In this document: one piece after another, positions 1 through 14,400 of the stretch | How the letters are laid out: the number at the start of each line of letters is the position of its first letter | Position numbering within the stretch: position 1 is the first letter of the stretch | Assembly (NCBI RefSeq): GCF_006345805.1 | Contig: NC_043007.1 | Location: 28,706,001-28,770,000, forward strand | Reading direction: 5' to 3' | From: Octopus sinensis | Taxonomy: Eukaryota | DNA: 64,000 nucleotides | The notes under the pieces: model-generated | What the model was told of the DNA's origin: nothing | Databases searched by the model: none | What the model saw: only the letters and a program-made list of their open reading frames with translations | Position numbers and translations under genes: made by a program

Positions 1-135
1 GGATTGGGAGACCTTGTCAAAGGCATTCTCCAAGTCCATAAAAGCCAAGTATAGAGGTTCATCTTTGGTTAGGTAATTCTCCTGCAGTTGCCGTACCAGG
101 AATATAGCATCAATAGTGCTTCTACCTGGGACCAA
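1..135 (-). mobile_element. RTE LINE reverse-transcriptase fragment
   Basis: Minus strand reads VPGRSTIDAIFLVRQLQENYLTKDEPLYLAFMDLENAFDKV, homologous to the RT at 41050-41823. Confidence 0.85.
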
Positions 136-259
136 TGCTGCTCAGGTCCATTTTGCCTATCTTCCTTTCCAGGTCCATAAAAAAGTACCAGTTGAGTAGT
201 AGTGGGACAGGGTCGATGGAATCAAGTTATCTCCTGGCATTGTGCCCAAAATTAGAAGC

Positions 260-295
<36 letters not shown>

Positions 296-2539
296 GGTGA
301 GCTGGCAGAATCTTTGGCACATCAGACAAAATGGTCCTCTTTATGTTCTGAGCTCAACTATTACCAGGTCACCTTCGCCTGTCATCCTTTCAGAGTCCAT
401 AAAATAAAGTGCTAGACAAGTGCTGTGCCAAAATTTGACACTGCTATTGTTGCTGTCATTCAAAAATATCAAGTTTTCTTTGTGTTGTCTAAATTCAAAG
501 TCCATCAATATGGTATGTGGGAGAATCTAGTATAATGTAGTCTGATGATGGCTAAATTCAATGTTGGTTTATCTCCCATATATTCACACCATGTATGGAT
601 TGCTTATGGAATCGGGTTTATGTGAGACTAATAGATCCTGCTTTCTTTTTGTTTTTTAAAGAAATGATTTGGTATCTCTGTTATTGCAGTGTTTTATTTA
701 ATATTTTGTATATTTTCCTATTGTGAGATTAGTTAGAAAGGATGTAGAGATTTGACAAAAATACCTTGTGGTATTTATTGCCATTTATGTTCTGAGGTGA
801 AATCCTGCTGAGGTTATCTTTGCCTTTCACATTTCCGTGTTAAAACACCAGCCAGACACTAGAATTGATTTAATCAATCATAGATCAGAAATGAGCATTA
901 GTTCAAAACTTGTCACTTTTGTTTTATTTTCTACATATTACAAATTTTGCTCAACTCCAGCCATAATATTAACAACCAGCCCACCCATATGGCCACGTTC
1001 ACATTTAAATATAAATCTATTTACATTATCACTGGTGACATGGGATTTTAATTCATTATGACACAGCTAGTTTACTAAATCCTAATTAAAACAAGCAATC
1101 AACTCCTCATTAGATGGCTAAATGTCAATGATTTAACTATCTTTCTGCTATGGCTACTATTTCACACCAGTTACTTGGTCTTTTAATTTCATTTTTCGAT
1201 CTCCCAGAATTTCATTGGTTGTCCCTTACATAAATACTTTCTGAAGCTGTCCACCTATGATGGACATCTGTCTTAAAAATAAACACTATATTCTCACACT
1301 TGTAACTGTTATTAGTACCTTTTTATTTTCTGATTATTTTGGGGAGAATTATTACTTGGTGGTTATTTTATATAAAATAATATTTAGTGGGTGGGAGGGA
1401 AGCTGAATGTAATTAGCAAACTAATATTTCAGATTGTTTATTTACATCTCTCCACCAGTATCATATGATACTCCTTATGACATCACATGATACACCTTAT
1501 ATCACATGACCATATCAGTACAGTTGCTTCTCAGCTGATGTCTGAAGAGATGACCAAAAGTGGATGCTGGTTGTTAGAAGTGGGACAAAATATAACATGT
1601 CATATTGCATATGTCATAACTCATGGTAGAACAAATTTCTCAAGACTTCATTTTTTGAACACAAATTTTACATTTTTCCGAATGGTCCTCAGATGTTTTT
1701 TTCAATAAACATCTGCAACAGACTGTCTTTTGTATGTGTGACTGAAGTTGCCCTCATCATCTGTTGACATCCATCTTCCATGCTGACATAGGCTGGACAG
1801 TTTGACAGGATGTAATGGGTCCAACGGCTGCATCGTGTTCCAATATCTGTTTTGACATAGTTTCTACAGCTGGATGTCCTCAATGCCAACCATTTTAGTG
1901 TGGCTTGGGTGCTTTTTTGTGACTTAAGTACAAGCGAGGTCACTATGCCCTTGCAAGACTAAGATCCCCTTTGAGTGAGTGGGGCTACATCTTTATGCTA
2001 GATGAGAGGGTAAAGTATGAGAGAAGGGGTCAGAAAAGAACAGGTTTCTTGCTGTAGATGAGTTACATGGCTACTCACATTATAAGAGAAAGGGTGGTAG
2101 TGACTAGGGTGGAAATAGAGGTAAAATAGTGATGAGGGGTCAGGGTACACCCTCAAGGTATGAAGTGAGTAGTAGTGGAGACAAAACCCCAGAAATGTGG
2201 GTAGGTAGTATAAGGAGAGTCAGGGATGGTTAGAGATGGGGGAATCTGGTGAATGAAGGAATGAAGATAATCATTGGGCCATGAGTTGGAGGTGGTAGGG
2301 GAGAGTAGGTGATGAGTGGCAGGAGCAGAATAGTAATAATGATACAGTAGATAGGGAAAAGATGAGAGATGACATGTGGTGGGGTGGACTGCAAGGTTGT
2401 GAGAAATGGATGACAGTGGAAATGGAGAGACAATTTGGTGGCACAGAAATATTGATGGAGTACAGTATTAAGTAGGATGGATATCAAGTGAAATGTTTCT
2501 GGCTAGTGAGAAAGATAACAAGTACCAAGAGAAAATGAG

Positions 2540-2770
2540 GCAGCTTTGCTCACATTTAATTAGTGCAGTTAAGCAGGGGATTATAGAGGGATTGTGTGTT
2601 CTTAGCTTATATTGGGTACAACATACAAAGTTAATACCTACCCCATTTCTGAATATTGAGCAAATCCATTTCCCTGAGACACCAGACTCCTCTTGTCTCC
2701 CACTTATTAAAACCTTCAACTGTACTAAGGTTTCTCGAGCCCTCCTGATTCTGGAGTTAGCTTCCATGCT
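2540..2770 (-). mobile_element. Decayed RTE LINE fragment (RT domain 6 / PHD insert region)
   Basis: KVLISG..SGKWICSIFRNGVGINFVCCTQYKLRTH aligns to KVLISR..SGRWPCSICRKGVGR.SIRCTQCNLWTH of the RTE at 41 kb. Confidence 0.75.
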
Positions 2771-5378
2771 TAGAATTTCTTCTCTAATTCCACCATAGAT
2801 CCAGCTATGAGAACTACATTGTTAGCATACAGAAATGATGGACACCAGCTTTCCCTCTCATGTCTTTGTTTTATCTCTCATTGCTGTCGACTTGAATTGC
2901 TGATCTCTTTGTAGGGTCAGCATGAGACGGCCCCCTTTTATTCCATGCATTCTCCACATTCAACAGCTTCTCATAATAGCCCAGCCACACCAAATGTCAT
3001 TCATATCAATGGTGAATAGAACTTACTTCAAATATACATCTCACCAATGGTGTCTCAGTTCTTGCAAACACTGCCTTGTGTTCCTGAACACTTTGTGTCT
3101 CTCACATAGAACAGGCATGGATCTCTTCATGTTCACCTAACCCATTACCAAGTATACCTGTCACTTAGTTGCCCTTCTACCCATTTGGTAATGCTCCCTA
3201 CTACCACTTCCTGGTTTTTTTCCTTGCCTGTCTCTTAGCTTTTACTGTGTCATATCAACTGTGTCATTCCACCATCATGTCACCTTCAGCTTGGCTGGAA
3301 TTTTGCTCCATTCATATGCCTGAGTTGCTGCTTATTTCACAGAAATTCCCAATTGTCATTTATTGCTACAGATATCTTAACCCTTTCTTCCTACAATCAT
3401 TATGCATCAGTTTGAATTTCTCCAAACCTCCAAAGTGTCCCTGTCTTTTAGCTTCTCTGTCTTCTTCTTAACATCTGTTTTTGTGCCTCCCTAGTTCTGA
3501 CTCTGAGGTCATTAACCACCAATCTATGTTTCGTGCTACATTCTTTGCCAGGAAAAGTTTTCCTCTTTACAATGGCCCTTCTGCCCACTATTCTGGTGTG
3601 GATGAAATCTGACCTGTGTCCACCAGATTGCTAGATGGTGAGGTTTCTGAAAGTGTGTGTGTCACACAAGTAACTAAATCAGTTGCATCATGGGTGGAGC
3701 ATTCTACCTTCCTCACTTCTTGAACCATGTCTACAGCCTCCATCTATCTCACGAAAGCCAACATTGTGTTGGCAAACGTGTTCATTTGAGGTTGCCAACA
3801 ACAATAATGAAGACACCGTCAACCATTGAGGTAGTCTTTTAGAATGGGGTCTTTCTGTTTTTCAGCCAATCCTGCCTGTGGGTGGATGCAAAGATAAATG
3901 TTGTGCAGTTGTAACTAGTTGCATTGTAATTATCCCATCAGACACTGATTACTTCAATTTCTTTATCCATTTCTCAGTTAACAGTATGTCTACCCCACCT
4001 CTGCTATTACTGTTACTCACCCAGAAGGATTTGTATTTCTGTCTTATTCCATCCACTCATCTCTGCTCCCGAATCTCTCCAATCTCACCAGACTTGCTTA
4101 CATTGTGCCTATGTTGATGGTTGTAGCCTTAAAGTTTTGGAACCTATGAGGAGTGGTATTTTTGGTAGAGCTGTTTGATGGTGTCTGCACCTGTGAGGTA
4201 GAAGAAAAATTGAGCCATGGCTTGCTAGTTGTTGGTAGATTTATGCACATTACTTTTGTCCTTTCATTTAATTTGCCATCATTCATTCTCCATCGCTTGC
4301 TGCACATGCAACTATAAATGCAATTTACAACTGTTATTTAGAAATATTCCTAATGGTGTTAACATTACTGATGCTATGGATGTTTGCTATGACTTTTTAT
4401 TGCCCTCATTTGGTGGGTTGTTGGTTCTGATATGGGGTGGATCTAGTGGGTAGCTGTATTTGTTTCATGAAGTGTGTGTTCTGTGGGAGGATACAATCAT
4501 AGAAATGGTGGTAAGTTGGAAGCGTTTTTACTAATCAGGGGAGTGAAGTAAGATTTATTGGTAAGGGTGGGGTTGCATGGATGCCTTGTGAATGTGTGAT
4601 GGCCAGCTGGAGTATTTTAGTGAAAGTTATGGAAGTAAGCTCTGGAAAGAAAAGAGGGTAGTTTAACATGAGTTAGAGAAGGAAACCTGGTAAAAAGGTT
4701 AAATTTAACAAATTTGAATATAAAAGGTGTTAGGTGAATGAATGTGGAAAAGGAAAGACAAAAGAAAAAGTATTGGTTTTCTTTTATTGTATTGGTTGTT
4801 TGATGAAGATATATTGAAATAACAAACCCATCCAACCCACATCAGCTTTGACAAACAGATGATCTAAATATCTGACAGCAGTTACTCAGAAGACCAATAT
4901 TTATCACCATTTATTGATCTTGTTAAACAGTGTTTCCTAAAGTTTATATCAATGAAGACGCAGTTGGCATACAATTACTTCTAGTCACTTATTAGATCGG
5001 CAGTTTCCCTCTTACAGAACAGAATGGAATATATATTCAAACGCACGCTCGCTATTAATTTAACCTTTAATATTATCTGGTTAGCACTAGGGTTAAGGGT
5101 TAAAATTCACATTTGACTTTGATGTGTATTAATTGTTGTTGAATGTTTGCTATGTGGTCTACCTCAAGAATAAATTGGATTGAAAGTCAATTAACACTGA
5201 GATCATTGGAATGTAATGTCAGTCTGTTAGATAGAAATGATTTGAAGTTAATAGTTGAACTCCTTATTTTTTAAAATCCAATTCTTTCTACTTAGTTGAG
5301 TGTAAGATTTCTCTATTTTTCTTCATGTTCTTAAAATCTTCTCAGAGTTTTCATGAAATCTTATTTTCTGTGTTTCAG

Positions 5379-5441
5379 CTGAAGTTGGATATGTACAAAG
5401 TAAAACTTGCTGAAGGTGTTTCTTTGGAGAAGGACCAACTG
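5379..5441 (+). CDS. CAPRIN1: Caprin exon (63 nt, phase 0/0): LKLDMYKVKLAEGVSLEKDQL
   Basis: tgtttcag| acceptor, |gtgagt donor; aligns to human GKLDDYQERMNKGERLNQDQL at the same length. Confidence 0.9.
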
Positions 5442-8400
5442 GTGAGTATTGAGTTTTGGGGGAAAATAGATGAAAAATAACAAGTTAATTCTTGACCAGG
5501 TAACTATTTTGGGTGAGAGATGTTTGCAAGAGAGATGTTTGCACTGGTATGGTCATGTACTGCGGATAGATGAGGAGAGATGTGTGAAGAAGTGCCACTT
5601 CCAAACAGTTGAAGGTATCTGGGGGAGAGGTAGACCAAGGAAGACATGGGATGAGGTAGTCAAGCATGACCTTCGAACGTTGGGCCTTACAGAGGCAATA
5701 ACGAAAGACCGAGATCTCTGGAGATATGCTGTGACTGCAAAGACCCGGGCTGCTTCCTCCACCAGTTTCGCATAGCCCCAGCCCATCTAAAGTACCTGGA
5801 TTGCAGAACGACCTGCTGTTCTTACCTTGGATCGTAAGGTGACCTGCTGTGCTTCAGGAGAATTATTGAGTCAAGTACATGAATATCAGTATCAAAACAA
5901 ATATCAAATGGAAATTGTAGTTAAGCGATACTTGTGCCGACAGCATGTAAAAAGCACCATCCAAACGTGGCCGATGCCAGCGTTGCCTTGGCTGGCTTCT
6001 GTGCCGGTGCACATGGCCTGCTGTGCTTGAGGAGACCTATTGAGTCAAGTACGTCAACATCAAAATAAATATCAAATGGAAATTGTAGTTGTGATACCTG
6101 TGCCGGTGGCACATAAAAAGCACCGTCCGAACGTGGCTGATGCCAGCGCCGCCTTGACTGGCTTCTGTGCCGGTGGCATGTAAAAAGCACCAACTGATTG
6201 TGGCTGCTGCCGGCCTCCCCTGGCACCTGTGTCGGTGGTATGTAAAAAGCACCCACTACACTCAGGAGTGGTTGGCGTTAGGAAGAGCATCCAGCTGTAG
6301 AAACACTGCCAGATCAGACTGGAGCCTGGTGCAGCCTCCTGGTTTCCCAGACCCCGGTTGAACCGTCCAACCCGTGCTAGCACGGAAAACGGACGTTAAA
6401 CAATGATGATGATGATGAAGTCGTAATTTTGTCTTCAGGGACTCCATTCTGACATTAAAAAAAAAATTTATTTCTCTAACTTGCATTCAGTTGAATAAAG
6501 ATAGAAGAAAGATATATGTATAGGCACAGATGTGGTTGTCTGATTAGAAGTTAAGCTCCTCAACCATATGATTTTGGATTCAGTCCCACTGTTTGGCACC
6601 TTGGGCAAGTGTATTATGGCACTGTGCTGACCAAAGACTTGTGAGTGTATTTGTTTGACAGAAATTGAAAGAAGCCGAACGTGTGTGTGTGTGTGTTACT
6701 GTCTTGACGTCGCATGATGGCTGTGAGCGAGTGTTAACCATCATACAAGCAATGACTTTCATTTCCAATCATCTGTAAAAACTTGTCTGACCATGGGGGA
6801 AATATTGATGAGGGCTGGTGACAAGAAGGGCATCCAGTTGTAGAAAATCTGCTTTATAAATTCTGCCAGCCCATGCAAGCATGGAAAAAATGGATGCTAA
6901 AGTGATGTTACTCTTGATATTTTCCATTACTCCCCAGAGTAATGGATATTATTTCTTTCTCAAGCAGTCAAAAATGGTTCCTAGTTTGTGAAATGAAAAA
7001 TAAAAATTACATCTGTTTAAATCATCTTTTTTATGGTTTGATCATTTTGTGTAGCCCTTTTGCAAAAGAAGACACTGTACAATATAGTGCAATCTTTAAT
7101 TTTTGTTAGATGACAAATCAAAATCTTGATACAGTAGACTGATTCTAAAGAATATTCTGTATTTATTGTAGCATTTCCAATTGACATGTTTTGTTGAATT
7201 TTATCTTCAAACCTTCATCATCTCCATTTAAAATCTGCTTTCCGTGCTGCCTTGGGTTGGACTTTTTATGTGGAATAATTTTTAACCCTGAAGTTTCTCA
7301 AATTAGTTTTAAAATTTAAATTTAATACATCAAGCTGGACAAGGTTTTATCCTTGCAAGAAATGTTTTCCAAGTCTCTTTCTTGACTCAGTGGAGCATTA
7401 ATGAATGTGGTAGGAGTGAGGGTTGCACCAGTATTCAGTTGCTACTCGTTACAGCTGACCAGACTGGAGCAATGAGAAATTAAGTAACTTGCTCAAGAGC
7501 ACAATGTGTAACCTTGACCAGGAATTGAACCCACAACTCTCTGGTCATGACTGGGGGAGGAGTTCTGAAAAGGTGGTAGCCAGAATAAGCAAGGGTTTGA
7601 AAAAACTTTGTTGGTAATAAAGGGCTTCCATCTAAAAGTCAAGGGTAAATTGCATGGGAAAAGATAGTGAAAAATAATGTCAAGGTATTACATCCGACAG
7701 AGATGACAGGACTGTCTTGATTAGTGGTAATCAGTGCTGCATAAGACTGGCTTCTTGCATAAGTGTGATGAAATACTTGTTAAAATGGCGGGGTAGTGCA
7801 CATAGCCCCCTTCCCACTATTTATTTGATACTCTTACATCTCAGCATCTCCTCCTACCCATTGTTTCTATTCTATACCCTCTCATCTCTCCATCGTCTCT
7901 TATATTTACTGTACCATACCACCTGTCACTGAGAGGAAAGTACTTGATGTTTGTATATTAAATATCTCCTCTATCTTGTTACTCCTTTTTTCCCCTCCAT
8001 ATGATGCCTTAAAGAAGAGGGATTACTTTGGCAGTCTCTGTTCACCCTCTCTGATTTTTCTGTCCCCATGCTGTCTTGGACACATTACACTTGTGGATAT
8101 GCTCCCACTCTTACTCATCATCTTATCCCTTCTTTGTGTATCTCTCTACCCAACATGGAGTAACATGTATCTTCTTACTCAACCGTGTCTCTCTCTCTCT
8201 CTCTCTACTGTTCTTATTACTCTGACTCTCTCTAGCTTGTTAGTTTTTTCCCCCTACTGCCTTGTCAACAATAAATCTGTGTAACTTCAGTAAGAACTGT
8301 CTTAGATCCTTACAAACTGTCCAACCCATGCAAGCATGGACACCGAACGATGATATATAACATGAGGGAGAATTGGGTCCTCTTATTCAACTTATCCCAC

Positions 8401-11400
8401 CACTCTTACTATTTTGCCTTCCCTCTCTCTTCCACTTTCCCCTTTTCCTCGTTCCCTCTATAATCTTCCCCAATAATGGTCCTCTCTCCACTCAAATTCT
8501 TCTCAAGTTTGTTCCATCATACTGTAACTTCTACTCCTTCAGTTATGGAATCTTCCTTTCATCTCAGAAGTACTGTGTAGTGTGGTTGTTATTAGGAAGT
8601 GCATCTGACCATAGAAGCAATACTAAATTGAAAACAGAAAGTGTGGTTCTCCAGCCTGTTGAACTTGATTGAGCTCTCTAATCCAGACCACATGGAAAAT
8701 GGGCATAAAGTGATCATATGTTTGTCCATGTCTGTTGTGTTGTCTATGCCTCATAACTTTACTGTCTGACAAATAGATAATGATAAATCTCAGACTAAAA
8801 TAAGTATTGGGGTTGATATGGTTCGGTTTGCCTAAAAACTGAAACTAATAAAAGAATACACACACACACATAGCATTTAGTTGCTTTAAGCTGAGCAATG
8901 GATAATAAGTAATGATAAGAATAATTACGATAATACTATTAATAATGGTTTCAAATTTTGGCACAACGCCAGTAATTTTAGGGGACAAGCTAGTTGATTA
9001 CATTGACCCCATTGCTGGGGTATATTTTATTGTCACCTCCCTGTAAAGATAAACGGCAAAGTTAACTGTGGCAGAATTTGAACTTGAAACCTAAAGATCC
9101 AAAAGAAATGCCACTAAATTTGGCCGGTTCACCACCTTCATAATCCTAGTAATTCTAATAAATATTCTTTTAAGTTTATATGGCTAACTCTAACTTTGAA
9201 AGTCCAATCATGGCTAAACTGGAAAAAAAAAGAGAATTTCATTAAAGAATAGGTAGATGCAGGTGTGATTGCATGGTTAAGATTGCTTCTCAATCCTGTA
9301 GTTTTGGGTTCAATCTCACTGTTGTGACATCTTGGGTTGATAGGAACTGAAAGAAGCCTGTTGTCTATATGTATTTGCATATACTCTTACCTTGACATCA
9401 TCTGATGGCTGTAAACAAGCTTCACTGTCATATCAGTGATGTTCATTTCCAATCTTGTGTGAAAGACCTGTCTGGCTATGGGAAAATATCACCTGGCATG
9501 GAAACAGGTGAGAGTTGGAGACAGAAAGGACAACTGGCTGTAGAAAATATCTCAGCAAATTCTGTTTGACCCATGCAGACAGGGAAAAATGATTTTTTCT
9601 TGATATATTTTCCAGTTCATAATGATTACATTATCTATAACATTTTACATCTGAAAGCAAAATGTTATAACAGTTTTTCGTTTACCAATAGTGGCTTAGA
9701 ATTGGAAGAATTTTTCAAAGAATTCTGAAAAAAAAAAATAACATGAAATCATCATGAGCATCAAATAAAAAGTATGTCTTAATAATTTCACTTTTCCATG
9801 CTTTCCTGTATTAGAATTTGTTGAGGCAGATTGGATGACCCTCCTGTGACCCTCACCTGTTTCCAAGTGAGGTAATGTTTTTCCATGGCTCAAAATAGAC
9901 ACTACACGTATGGTGGTTATGCTCGTTTATGACTATCACTTAATGTTGACACAGATAGAACTCCAGCTACATACCCATAAATATACAAGCATACGTGTGT
10001 GTGTGTGGTGTGTGTGTATATGAGATTTCTAACTGGCATCCAACTTTCTCTTTCCCTTTCCTTACTGTAAACATTTTGCTCTCACTTTTTCAGTATTTCT
10101 TTATTGTTATTAATTTTCATATTTCGAAACTGTTCCTTCCATTCAACAAAATTCACACTTGGTTACCACCAATTCCGTATCATTAGCAACGTAATCACAC
10201 GACATATGGCAACAACTGTAGAACAGAACCAAAGAATCTCTGACATCATTTCTGCTCCGTTTCATCAAACATTCTGCTCTGAACATTCATTTTAGTCCAT
10301 TGCAATATTGTTGTAGCTGCTGTGGCTGTTGCATTTGAAGTAATAATACATTAGAGGTGAAAGAGTGGAGCTCTTCAAGTTTGTGCATTAAGTTTCCATA
10401 GAAGCACTTATTCAATATTGTGTGTTTTATATATATACACACACACACATACATACATACACACTCAAACACACAAGGGTAATCATTGTGTTAATCAGTT
10501 TTAAGATTTTAATTAGAGATTTTGAAAAAAATGAATTGTATTTATCTGAATATTGTATTTCTTTAAACAGGAAGCAATTAACAAGTATGGTGATGTTGCT
10601 TGTAACTTGGAATTTGCAAAGGAATTGCTTAAACAATTTATGGCCCTCACTCAGGATGTAAGTATTATATTTTGTTTCATGTCCCCCCCCCCCCATAATG
10701 AATGCTTTTAGCAACATTCTGCTATTTACATACTTGATGTGGGATTCTACAATGAGTCGTATTTTTCTGGTGCCTTATTGTTTTTGACCTCCATTTTGTT
10801 GCATATATATTGACATTGGGAAAAGGGTTCCCAGGTGGAGGTTTAGAAATAGTATCAGAGTTACAATCTGAAGGGCCATGGAAATAAGAATGCTGTTTTC
10901 TGGTTAATCCATTTATTGCTTTATTTTTAACTAGAATATATTTGTCTTAGATTGTTATATTGTATTCAAGGACTTACAAGAACCACCTGCCACTCCTAGA
11001 TGTGATATGCTAAATTGAGGGACGTGGTAGGTTAATATTTACCCAAACACCACTGACTACCACTGACTCCCAATGATTACCACTGACTTCCATTTCACCC
11101 AATTCTATTACACTGTAATGTTATTTACTCCATCATCATTATCAGTTGCAGGTTGGCAGAATCATTACTGCATTGGACAAAATACTTTGTGATTTATTCC
11201 AGCTCTTACGTTCAAAGTTCAAATCCTACTAAGGTTGTTCATCTTTGCTTTTAGACCCGAGGCCAGTAAAATAAAAAGTTCCAGTCAAGTGTTGAGGTAA
11301 TTGTGTAACTGCCCCTCCCCTCAGAATGGCTGGCTTTGAATCATTGAAAGAAATCATCGTCATTTGATGTTTTCCATCCCAACATGGTTTGGATGGTTTG

Positions 11401-14400
11401 ACAGGAGCTGGCAAGCCAGAGAGCTACACCACCAGACTCCACTTGTCTATTCTGGCATGGTTTCTGTGGTTGGATGTCCTTCCTGATGCCAGCCACTTTA
11501 CAGGGTATACTGGGCACCTTTTGCCTGGCTCTGGCACAGGTTTTTCTTTTCACATGGCACCAGACCTCTTTGTTGAGAGGAGTGGAACCAAGGTGCGTGA
11601 CTGTCTGCCAGACAAGAAGTTAGAGTATGATAGAAGGACAGAGATAGTTGTCTTAGTATAGAGGAGGTACTTGGCTACTGTAGTAGGATAAGGGGGGAGG
11701 AGAGGAGACAACTACTATGCCAGCCTCGTCCGGCCCCCGTGCCGGTGGCATGTAAAAAGCACCATCCGATCGTGGCCGTTGCCAGCCTTGCCTGGCACCT
11801 GTGCAGGTGGCACGTAAAAAGCACCCACTACACTCACGGAGTGGTTGGCGTTAGGAAGGGCATCCAGCTGTAGAAACACAGCCAGATCAGACTGGGCCTG
11901 GTGCAGCCTTCTGGCTTCCCAGACCCCAATTGAACCGTCCAACCCATGCTAGCATGGAAAGTGGACGTTAAACGATGATGATGATATAAGATGGAAAGTA
12001 CAGAATTGTATGGATGACAGGCATAACTGGTGTTGTGATGTCAGCAGGTTGTGTTGATGATAAGTTGTACATATTATACTTAACCCTTTCGTTACTAACC
12101 CGGCCGTAGCCGGCCGAACAATTTTTTGGTTCAAAGTACCAACCCGGCCATACCCGGCCGTTAGAACCCATTGTTATTTAAATGTAAATTTGAACCCAAA
12201 TCTCGTTGGTACATTCGTTAAAGCATGTGATTTCACATTGTAAATAGTTAAGTTATAGTATCCGACATTGCTGAAGTGATATCTCAACTCAGTGAATTTT
12301 GGAGATTTTTTTCCACATTTTTTACGGCATCGATTTTTCTTCAACTTTGAAAATGGATAGGAGTTTCATGTTATCAAGCATTGATTCCGAATTTAAAGCT
12401 TTGTCAACGGAAAATAGGGAGATATCGAGAAAAAGAATGAAATAGGTACTAAAGCACGTGGTGTACAAAATAATGAATATTTTTTTATCCGAAAATGAAA
12501 GCAGCGCCTTCCGAAGAAACAAAGCGGCGAAGGCGACAGCGAAGACGATTTTACATCGGAATGAAGTAAAAAAACTTTTTAAATGTTTTTATTAGCAATT
12601 TTTCTGAGGAGATAAGTTTATCTATAGCCTTTCTTAGGAAGTGAAACCATTAGACTTTTATTTTTTTCAGTATGCTAGTTTGAAGCGATCATGTGGAAAC
12701 AAACTTACGCAGATTGTAAACAAACCCAAAATCGGGGTTCAAAGTTTGGGAATTTGTGAAGCAAATTACTGGGTACTGCGTGGATTTAGTTTTTATACAG
12801 GGAAAATAATGTTAGTCAGCATGGCTTAGGGTACGATGTGGTCTGGAAGTTATTGTTTGAAGCGATCAATGTGGAAACGCACTTACGCAGATTGTAAACA
12901 AACCCAAAATCGGGGTTCAAAGTTTGGGAAATTTGTGAAGCAAATTACTGGGTACTGCGTGGATTTAGTTTTTATACAGGGAAAATAATGTTAGTCAGCA
13001 TGGCTTAGGGTACGATGTGGTCTGGAAGTTATTGTTCGAAGCGATCAATGTGGAAACGCACTTACGCAGATTGTAAACAAACCCAAAATCGGGGTTCAAA
13101 GTTTGGGAAATTTGTGAAGCAAATTACTGGGTACTGCGTGGATTTAGTTTTTATACAGGGAAAATAATGTTAGTCAGCATGGCTTAGGGTACGATGTGGT
13201 CTGGAAGTTATTGTTTGAAGCGATCAATGTGGAAACGCACTTACGCAGATTGTAAACAAACCCAAAATCGGGGTTCAAAGTTTGGGAATTTGTGAAGCAA
13301 ATTACTGGGTACTGCGTGGATTTAGTTTTTATACAGGAAAATAATGTTAGTCAGCATGGCTTAGGTACGATGTGGTCTGGAAGTTATTGTTTGAAGCGAT
13401 CAATGTGGAAACGCACTTACGCAGATTGTAAACAAACCAAAATCGGGGTTCAAAGTTTGGGAAATTTGTGAAGCAAATTACTGGGTACTGCGTGGATTTA
13501 GTTTTTATACAGGGAAAATAATGTTAGTCAGCATGGCTTAGGGTACGATGTGGTCTGGAAGTTATTGTTTGAAGCGATCAATGTGGAAACGCACTTACGC
13601 AGATTGTAAACAAACCCAAAATCGGGGTTCAAAGTTTGGGAAATTTGTGAAGCAAATTACTGGGTACTGCGTGGATTTAGTTTTTATACAGGGAAAATAA
13701 TATTAGTCAGCATGGCCTAGGGAACGATGTGGTCTGGAATTTATCACTTCCATACCATAACCAGAGCCGTATATTATTTTTTAACCGATTTCTTTAGTTC
13801 GGTCAAACTTACGGTGGATTCCAATATTTCAGTTTATTCCACCTTTATGGTACACCTGTTGTGCATTAAATTCAACTGATGTGCACAATTCTTCTTTATC
13901 AAAATTTTGTTGCATACCCATTTGAATATTAGCTGATGATTCATTTTCTATAGTGATGTTTAAACAAAATTTTTATTTTTTACCTTTTGCTCAATTTAAA
14001 ATTTTAATATTTTTACCTTTTGCTCAATTTACCTGGATTTACCTGTAATTAAAGTCACTTTGAGTCAAAAGTTATGCAATAGAATTGATTAAGAACCCTT
14101 CCTTTAATTATGTTCCAAATATCACATTAAATGTTGATAAGTAAAAAAGTTACAGTTATTTAATGAAACAAGCCTAAATTCATGATTATTTTAGAATTTA
14201 ATTGAAACTCATGAGGGGTGTATTTTGGTCAGAAATATAGTAACGAAAGGGATAATTAAAAGTGAGATGATAATGAAACTTCCCTGAAATCACAAGTCTT
14301 GAAAATGGAGGGAGTTCTTGGAAAATCATATTCAACATAATGTACATAATATCAAATGTGAATATATTTTCCTCTTGCTGCTAGTGAATGCTGGAGGGGA

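Noticed and set aside
1-5378. Search for the Caprin start exon (expected ..KK.RNLEKRK)
   Set aside because: No such coding sequence was found; it presumably lies upstream of the window.
7976-8672. Hydrophobic Leu/Ser/Pro-rich ORFs (also 2230..2487, 22367..22697, 27544..27738)
   Set aside because: They arise from CT-rich degenerate repeat sequence, with no splice or homology support.
12679-13740. Regular array that could be mistaken for CRISPR
   Set aside because: Whole ~178-bp units repeat with no unique spacers, there are no cas genes, the context is a eukaryotic intron, and the unit is piggyBac transposase sequence.
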